In this document: in pieces, positions 16,745 through 22,123 of the stretch
Position numbering within the stretch: position 1 is the stretch's first letter
How the letters are laid out: each line of letters begins with the position of its first letter
Source: a virus
Taxonomy: Duplodnaviria > Caudoviricetes
Direction: 5' to 3' (one strand)
Length of the DNA stretch: 40,467 nt
Virus record (IMG/VR): IMGVR_UViG_3300037307_000179
Coordinates: 1-40,467 of that record
The notes under the pieces: model-generated
Told to the model about the DNA's origin: nothing
The model's input: only the letters and a program-made list of their open reading frames with translations
The model's database searches: none
Position numbers and translations under genes: made by a program

Positions 16745-16841
16745 GCAGCTATGTGGGACATGACGGACGGTTCGCAACCGGATGCGGTGTGTGGTGCAGT
16801 AGAGAGACAAAACCACAGTCCGAACACACAAACATAGTTGC
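16745..16841 (+). ncRNA. candidate structured ncRNA in a tRNA spacer
   Basis: 10-bp closing stem GCAGCTATGT/ACATAGTTGC around a multi-way junction. Confidence 0.5.
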
Positions 16842-16846
16842 AACAT

Positions 16847-16920
16847 GGTCGGGTAGGCGAATTGGTATAGCCGCCAGTCTTAGGAACTGGTTTTTGTGGG
16901 TTCGAATCCCACCCTGACTA
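16847..16920 (+). tRNA. trnL: tRNA-Leu(UAG), short variable loop
   Basis: GGTCGGG/CCTGACT, arm CCAGT-CTTAGGA-ACTGG. Confidence 0.9.
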
Positions 16921-16922
16921 CT

Positions 16923-17186
16923 ATGAACATAAAAATATACTATCGACGAAACCTAAAAATGTCTGAGGGTAAACTTGCAGCACAAGTTGCACATTGTGTT
17001 GCCAACATTACTCTTGTGGCGATGGAGATTCCTCATAAAATCATTGTTCTTGAAGCCAGTGATGCTAAATTCAATGAATTAAAAAAGGAAGCTAATCACA
17101 TCCAAGTTGATCTTGGTTATACAGAATTAGAACCAAACACTGAAACTTGTCTTGGTATTATTGAGTGGGAGACAACGTTCCCGTAG
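16923..17186 (+). CDS. peptidyl-tRNA hydrolase, Pth2 family (compact, 87 aa)
   Basis: YRRNLKMSEGKLAAQVAH, KIIVL and DLGYTELEPNTETCLGI motifs. ATG at 16923 (the ORF-track start lies inside the tRNA). Confidence 0.85.
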   Translation: MNIKIYYRRNLKMSEGKLAAQVAHCVANITLVAMEIPHKIIVLEASDAKFNELKKEANHIQVDLGYTELEPNTETCLGIIEWETTFP

Positions 17187-17212
17187 ACCAATTGGCAGCA
17201 GTCAGCAGACTT

Positions 17213-17918
17213 AATTAAATTTGAGTGCATTTAAAGGAAACTTTTTGTGTAGAATCCCTTAAATTCGGTAAAGGCTTAACAGGTAATGCTGATGCTAATG
17301 CCGAGCTAAATTTAATTTAACACATTTTTCATGCTTTTGATGTATATATTCATATAACTGTTATATGAATACACATAGGGGGTAAAAATGACAAATGAAG
17401 AATTGTGTTATTTAGCTGGATTTATTGATGGTGAAGGTGCTTTTATTATCAATAAAAGATAACATATAGGATATAAAGGAAAAAGATATACAACTTATTC
17501 TGCTTACATAGATATAGGAAATACAAATTTAGAAGTATTACAATGGATTCATAATCTTATTGGTGTTACTGCTAAAATATATTCTAATCAGATGGAAGGT
17601 AACAGAAAGTTGGCATATAGAATTCGTATATGCTATAAACAAGCTGAACCTTTAACGAAAAAATTAATTCCATTTCTAATAGTTAAAAAAAATCAAGCTG
17701 AATTGTTTTTGCAATATAAAGACTCTCAGTTGAACACAAAAGAAACTATTTGGAATCAAATGAGAATATTAAACCGTAGAGGAATTAAAGAAGTGTAGAG
17801 ACTTGACAGGGGATGCCTAAAGTGGTATAATACCAACATGGCAAAGGCAAAGTCCAGACCACAAATGGCTGTGCTATATTAATATACACAACCAGCAACG
17901 AAAGTTGTAGAAGGTAAG
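17213..17918 (+). mobile_element. group I self-splicing intron (trnL-UAA/IC3-like core) with homing endonuclease ORF
   Basis: P1 ACTT|AA/TTGAGT with U-G at the 5' splice site, P AAATTCGGTAAA (17261), Q AATGCCGAGC (17297), R GTGTAGAGACTTGAC (17793), S AAGGCAAAGTCC (17844), terminal G at 17918. Confidence 0.92.
17388..17798 (+). pseudogene. single-motif LAGLIDADG homing endonuclease with in-frame TAA at codon 25
   Basis: MTNEELCYLAGFIDGEGAF..KR*HIGYKGKRY...PFLIVKKNQAELFLQY. Stop at 17460-17462, the frame continues into ORF 17592..17798. Confidence 0.85.
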
Positions 17919-17965
17919 AAAATCTGCGTAGTGTGGGTTCGAATCCCACCGGGAGCACTTGTTAT

Positions 17966-18040
17966 GGTCGGGTGACGGGAATTGGCATACCTGTTTGCCT
18001 CAAAATCAAATGTCTGTGGGTTCGAATCCCACTCCGACCA
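17966..18040 (+). tRNA. trnL: tRNA-Leu(CAA), short variable loop
   Basis: GGTCGGG/TCCGACC, loop CTCAAAA. Confidence 0.85.
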
Positions 18041-18077
18041 CCGATTACACGAGTGTCAATTAGTTAAAGGAAACAAC

Positions 18078-18779
18078 ATGAGATTTTTTACTTTGATTTT
18101 TTTTATTATGTTCGGATGTGTTGCTACAGAAAATGTCCAAGGCCAACTATTTAGACCCAATGCTGGATCTAGTAGTTATCAAAAGACTGAAAACGGATAC
18201 ATTTACCAGGGCAAAGAGTATATTCGCGGGAGAGATTTACCACCAAACCCAAATTGTCCTTGTCCAATGTGCAGAGATTTAGTGGCGGCTTATAATGCAG
18301 CAAAGAACGGAACTCTTTCACAAAGAATAGAAAGTGCGTCAACAAAACTGATTAGCACACCAGAAGAAGCGATTCCAAGATTGATTGAAGTATTTGAAAA
18401 AGACTTTTTAGAAAAATCAAACTTTAGACTTTGTGATCCTGGCTGTGGTGATGCTAGGATTTTAATTTATGCAGCAAAAACCTATGGCATAAGAGGCGTT
18501 GGTATAGAAATAAATCCAGAAACTTATATACTAGCAAAGAAAAATGTTAAAGATGCTGGATTAGAAGGTCGAATTGAAATAAGGTTGGGCGATTCAAGAA
18601 AATTTAACTATGACAAGGTTGACGGAATTGTGATGTTTTTGTTTCCAGAACTGATTTCTGACTTGACAAAGAAGTTTGATATGTTACAATCAGGTGTAAA
18701 GGTTGTAAGTTACAGCCATGAAATTCCCATCGACGGAGCCGTTCAGTCAGAGGATATTTTTGTTTGGAGAAAAGAATAA
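18078..18779 (+). CDS. class I SAM-dependent methyltransferase with N-terminal signal-like segment and CPCPMC motif
   Basis: DPGCGDARI, GVGIEIN, IRLGD, VVSYSH motifs. ATG at 18078 with AAGGA RBS. Confidence 0.85.
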   Translation: MRFFTLIFFIMFGCVATENVQGQLFRPNAGSSSYQKTENGYIYQGKEYIRGRDLPPNPNCPCPMCRDLVAAYNAAKNGTLSQRIESASTKLISTPEEAIPRLIEVFEKDFLEKSNFRLCDPGCGDARILIYAAKTYGIRGVGIEINPETYILAKKNVKDAGLEGRIEIRLGDSRKFNYDKVDGIVMFLFPELISDLTKKFDMLQSGVKVVSYSHEIPIDGAVQSEDIFVWRKE

Positions 18780-18789
18780 AATTCATTAT

Positions 18790-18860
18790 AGCCCCTTAGT
18801 TTAATGGAAAAATATCTGTTTTACACACAGAAGTAGATAGTTCGATTCTATCAGGGGCTA
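18790..18860 (+). tRNA. trnV: tRNA-Val(UAC)
   Basis: AGCCCCT/AGGGGCT, arm TCTGT-TTTACAC-ACAGA. Confidence 0.88.
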
Positions 18861-18867
18861 CTTTTAT

Positions 18868-18943
18868 CTGGGTGTTGGGCAATCTGGTCGCCCGCCTGCT
18901 TTGGGAGCAGGACATAGTGTAGGTTCGAATCCTATCATCCAGA
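18868..18943 (+). tRNA. trnP: tRNA-Pro(UGG)
   Basis: CTGGGTG/CATCCAG, arm CCTGC-TTTGGGA-GCAGG. Confidence 0.9.
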
Positions 18944-18964
18944 CTGAAAAATTTCAGATTCGAC

Positions 18965-18993
18965 TTGACAAAATGGTTTTTGGAGACTATAAT
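18965..18993 (+). promoter_or_regulatory. consensus sigma70 promoter driving the GUUCCUA-RNA array
   Basis: TTGACA-17nt-TATAAT. Predicted start near 18999-19000 coincides with the first RNA module. Confidence 0.88.
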
Positions 18994-18998
18994 ACATT

Positions 18999-19048
18999 GT
19001 GGGCAAAGAGGGTTCCTATACAAAACATTAAAATTACCCTTAGCTCAT
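18999..19048 (+). ncRNA. GUUCCUA stem-bulge-stem RNA module, copy 1
   Basis: GTGGGC-AAA-GAGGGT-TCCTA...TT-ACCCTT-A-GCTCAT. Confidence 0.7.
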
Positions 19049-19054
19049 TTTTAT

Positions 19055-19167
19055 GGCGAGTGTAGCTCAACGGTAGAGCAACAGGCTGTTTACTTGACGC
19101 TATTGGCACATCAAGTTCCTAGAACTTGTTAAACTGTGGGTAGTGGGTTCGACTCCCACCCTCGCCG
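19055..19167 (+). ncRNA. tRNA-Asn-like RNA with a 40-nt anticodon-loop insert (permuted GUUCCUA module, copy 2)
   Basis: Canonical D arm GCTC-AACGGTA-GAGC, T arm GTGGG-TTCGACT-CCCAC, acceptor GGCGAG/CTCGCC. Insert at 19091-19130. Confidence 0.8.
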
Positions 19168-19170
19168 CTT

Positions 19171-19227
19171 GTGGACACAAGAAGTTCCTATTAATACTAT
19201 GTTGAAGTAAAATTACTTCTCGTCCGC
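19171..19227 (+). ncRNA. GUUCCUA stem-bulge-stem RNA module, copy 3
   Basis: GTGGAC-ACA-AGAAGT-TCCTA...TT-ACTTCT-C-GTCCGC. Confidence 0.72.
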
Positions 19228-19237
19228 ACAATACAAT

Positions 19238-19305
19238 AAGCGGTAAAGAAAGTTCCTAACTTATTTTTTAGGAAGGACTGACGAATGAAAACTTTGGAAT
19301 TGTTT
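19238..19305 (+). promoter_or_regulatory. GUUCCUA module copy 4 overlapping the RBS/start of the 591-aa gene (candidate translational operator)
   Basis: AAGCGGT-AAA-GAAAGT-TCCTA 5' half. TTCCTAA can also pair with TTAGGAA of the RBS. Confidence 0.55.
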
Positions 19306-21060
19306 AATGCCGTTGTTGCGAAGCCAAGCAAGGGGACTGCTCCACTTGTTTCGGAACAGGGTTTTATCATTGAACCAAACGCTACGTGGGCAAAGGATCG
19401 AATACTAAAGTTTTACGCCAAACAAAAGCTGAGTGGAAAAGATCTAAACAAGACGTTTCACAAGAGTTTTGAAAAGGTACGTAATAGCTCTCGATTTGAG
19501 CTATTGATGGAGCAAATCCGTCACTACATTTCTACCTATGGTTCTAACTTTAGCGACGAAGTATATATTCCAGAAGAAGTTTTGGAAGTACCAGATTTGA
19601 AGTTGACTTTCAAAGTCGTAAAGGCTTTGGACAAGTCTGAATTGATTGAAAAGTGCTTGAACATGCTTCGTTCGGGTATCGCCATGACCGAAGAAACCGT
19701 CAACATTTTACTTTCGGTTCTTGTTGATGAACTGGATTATACCTTCACCGGCAAGGAGGGTATCAAGAACAAGGAAGCGATCATCAAGATTGCTGACACC
19801 CATGGTGTTGTTCCTGATAATACGATGGAATTTTTCCGATATGTGATGTATCGTGCTACCGGAGAAACTTTGCTGATCAAGAATAATGTTGCTATTGCAA
19901 AAATCAAGACGTCGTCATTCAATCCATCTGCACAGTTCCGTACTCACGGTTTAGAACGACTTGCCGCCATCTTTAATCGTTTCAAGCCTTTGTTCTTGGC
20001 TTTCAAGAGCAAGTGCCCATCGACGATCAACAAGATTGCTAAGTTGTCAAAGACTCATCACAAGGCAATTCCTCAAAATGCTTTGAATCAAGCTACACAA
20101 CGTCTACTCAACAAGGACGACGTTCATTGGTTTGACAACGCGACACCGTTCGCATTTTTCAAGGCCATGACCGCTGTATACAACCGTATGCAAGGTCAAA
20201 ACACCTTCTGTTACCGTGTTCGCAACGGTAAGAGTTGGTGCAAGGCAAACCCATACGAGCTGAAAGATCATAATAAAACTCTTCGTTTTTCCGGCATGGT
20301 TCAGAACTTCACGTTCTTGAACGAGTATGCAAAGCGGCGATGGAGTTTGATTGGTACCAAGATTTACTTGCCAGAAAATGTGGAGTATGCTGTGCCTACA
20401 TCGGAAAAGATGTATATCGGCAACATTCCTACCGGAACAAAGTTCTATGGTGAGAAACTTGCTGTAGGTATGTATTGGGAAAATAGTTGGGGTGCCTACG
20501 ATCTTGACTTGTCTGCTATCGTATTAGATGGCTCAAAGATTGGTTGGAACGGTAGATATTCCAATGATGGTCTGACATATAGCGGAGATATGACAAACGC
20601 AAAAAACGGTGCTGTTGAGTATCTACATTGTGAGAAAGATATGCTACCTTGTATTGTTAAAATCAACGTGTTCCACGGAAACGAACAAGGCTCTGGCTAT
20701 AAGATCATTGTTGGCAAGGGCGATGACGTTTCTCGTGCATACATGATGAACCCAAACAATTTGTTTGCAGAAGTCAAGACCAAAAGTGTTCAACGACAAA
20801 TGGTTCTTGGTTTGTTTCTTCCAGAAACGATGGGTGTACAATCATTTGTACTATTGAACTTTGGTAATGGTAAGGCACAAATTAGTGGTGCTGGCGGTTT
20901 GGGATTGAAGGCTCTGTATGAAGAATACAAGAACCCATTCAGCTTCAAAACGTTAGTAACAGAACTTGGTGCCGAAATAGTTGATAACCCAGAAGATGCA
21001 GATGTTGATTTGTCTCTTGGTTCACTAGACAAGGACAGCTTTACGAAGCTGTTCGAGTAA
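19285..21060 (+). CDS. 591-aa protein, helical N-terminal region plus TerD-like C-terminal domain
   Basis: GMYW...YDLDLSA...IGWN...YSGDMTNAKNGAVEYL resembles TerD-family DLDLS/SGD motifs. AGGAAGGA RBS. Confidence 0.75.
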   Translation: MKTLELFNAVVAKPSKGTAPLVSEQGFIIEPNATWAKDRILKFYAKQKLSGKDLNKTFHKSFEKVRNSSRFELLMEQIRHYISTYGSNFSDEVYIPEEVLEVPDLKLTFKVVKALDKSELIEKCLNMLRSGIAMTEETVNILLSVLVDELDYTFTGKEGIKNKEAIIKIADTHGVVPDNTMEFFRYVMYRATGETLLIKNNVAIAKIKTSSFNPSAQFRTHGLERLAAIFNRFKPLFLAFKSKCPSTINKIAKLSKTHHKAIPQNALNQATQRLLNKDDVHWFDNATPFAFFKAMTAVYNRMQGQNTFCYRVRNGKSWCKANPYELKDHNKTLRFSGMVQNFTFLNEYAKRRWSLIGTKIYLPENVEYAVPTSEKMYIGNIPTGTKFYGEKLAVGMYWENSWGAYDLDLSAIVLDGSKIGWNGRYSNDGLTYSGDMTNAKNGAVEYLHCEKDMLPCIVKINVFHGNEQGSGYKIIVGKGDDVSRAYMMNPNNLFAEVKTKSVQRQMVLGLFLPETMGVQSFVLLNFGNGKAQISGAGGLGLKALYEEYKNPFSFKTLVTELGAEIVDNPEDADVDLSLGSLDKDSFTKLFE

Positions 21061-21356
21061 GCATGTAGACGTTATTGTTGATGCTTCACGGGACGGGGGT
21101 GCAATTCCCCCCGCCTCCACCAAGAATACACTACCGATTATCTATTTCGTTCGCAGCGTGATATGGCGAATTTAGTAGTGTATTTTTGATGGGGGCGATC
21201 AGATTCGACCGGTGGTTTGATTCAATAACTGCATGTCGTGGTTGATCGGCGGGACACGTAAAAAGCTGATCAAAAGTTTGAGTGGCGTAGAGAATTACGC
21301 TTTGGCAGCTTAGTCTGTCACGGGGGGTTGCCCGCCCCTGTTGCCAAAACGGGCAC
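21034..21356 (+). ncRNA. ssrA: circularly permuted (two-piece) tmRNA: acceptor piece ending CCA at 21122, intervening hairpin 21123-21190, coding piece from 21191
   Basis: TAAGCATGTAG...GGAC-GGGGG-TGCAATT-CCCCC-CGCCTCC-ACCA precedes GGGGGCG..ATTCGAC. G3-U70 pair, PK1, tag frame GVENYALAA* at 21284-21313. Confidence 0.92.
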
Positions 21357-21359
21357 TAT

Positions 21360-21430
21360 AAGCCTCTGGTGTAATGGTAGCACAAGTGATTCCAAACCAC
21401 TTTGTCAGGGTTCAAATCCTTGGGGGTTTG
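21360..21430 (+). tRNA. trnW: tRNA-Trp(CCA)
   Basis: AAGCCTC/GGGGTTT, loop TTCCAAA, T loop TTCAAAT. Confidence 0.85.
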
Positions 21431-21462
21431 TTGGGAAAGTTTTATTTTTTATGGAGGATTTT

Positions 21463-21714
21463 ATGAAGAATGTTTTGTTTGCTTGTGTTATTATTTGTGG
21501 TCTTATGATTCAAACTGCTTCGGCTGATTGTCCGGGTGGATCTTGTGGTTCTCGAACCCCGCTTCGGACGCTAGCAAAGAGTGTCTTTGCTGCACAGCCA
21601 TATGACGTTGCAAGCCATAGCGTTGTGTCACATAGACCTGTTCGTAATTTTGTTGGACGCGTTTGGTCTTGGAGGCCGCTAGCTAGAGTTCGTGCTTGTA
21701 GCAATTGTCGATGA
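21463..21714 (+). CDS. small secreted Cys/Arg-rich protein
   Basis: GGAGG RBS, signal peptide ending ASA, CPGGSC...RPVRNFV...CSNCR. Confidence 0.75.
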   Translation: MKNVLFACVIICGLMIQTASADCPGGSCGSRTPLRTLAKSVFAAQPYDVASHSVVSHRPVRNFVGRVWSWRPLARVRACSNCR

Positions 21715-21722
21715 TTTCTTGT

Positions 21723-21749
21723 GCCGGTTTTAATGAACCGGCTATTTTT
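21723..21749 (+). terminator. intrinsic terminator
   Basis: GCCGGTT/AACCGGC plus T-rich run. Confidence 0.65.
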
Positions 21750-21821
21750 ATTCTGACTTTGTATAACCCAAACCATCAAGATTGTTTTTGGTGAATTTTT
21801 TGATTTTTAAGAAAAATATAT

Positions 21822-21850
21822 TTGAAATTTGAATAGTATAAGACTATTAT
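21822..21850 (+). promoter_or_regulatory. sigma70-type promoter
   Basis: TTGAAA-17nt-TATTAT. Confidence 0.5.
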
Positions 21851-21892
21851 ATACTATCCAAAACATCGAACTGGTTGTAAAGGAGAAAATGA

Positions 21893-22111
21893 ATGGCGTC
21901 GGTTCTAGAAATGGCAGAAGCACATCTTCTAAATGTTCAACGTGAAATAAATAGTTTATTGGAGAGAAGGTCGGTCATTGAAAACGATATCAATAGACTA
22001 ACCTCTTATTTAAAGGAAGGTCAGGCTATTCTTTTAGAAGAAAAGGGGGCGTTATCACAACAGCGTAATGTTGGTGGTACTACAGTTTTTAATCCAAATC
22101 TTGGTCTTTAA
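21893..22111 (+). CDS. coiled-coil hypothetical protein
   Basis: AAGGAG RBS, heptad pattern. Confidence 0.75.
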   Translation: MASVLEMAEAHLLNVQREINSLLERRSVIENDINRLTSYLKEGQAILLEEKGALSQQRNVGGTTVFNPNLGL

Positions 22112-22123
22112 GAGGAGAGTTTA

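Larger units (their letters stand above)
17177..17957 (+). tRNA. trnL: tRNA-Leu(UAA) split by a group I intron (exons 17177-17212 and 17919-17957)
   Basis: Acceptor GTTCCCG/CGGGAGC. Joined arm GCAGA-CTT|AAAA-TCTGC. Confidence 0.92.

Noticed and set aside
13591-18943. Theta/HDV-like ribozymes at tRNA 3' ends
   Set aside because: I could not build a nested double pseudoknot by eye in any trailer. A covariance-model search would be needed to exclude them.
13585-19023. ORF-track ORFs overlapping tRNAs (e.g. 13585..14016, 14065..14322, 15376..15681, 16622..16837, 18796..19023) and the 5' extensions 16896, 17982 and 21328
   Set aside because: They are read-throughs or antisense shadows of tRNA genes with no RBS or protein motifs.
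19091-19130. tRNA insert as a group I or bulge-helix-bulge intron
   Set aside because: 40 nt with no catalytic core and no clear BHB motif. It matches the neighbouring RNA module instead.
18999-19260. GTTCCTA repeats as a CRISPR array
   Set aside because: Only 7 nt are identical, spacing is irregular, stems covary rather than repeat, and there are no cas genes in the window.
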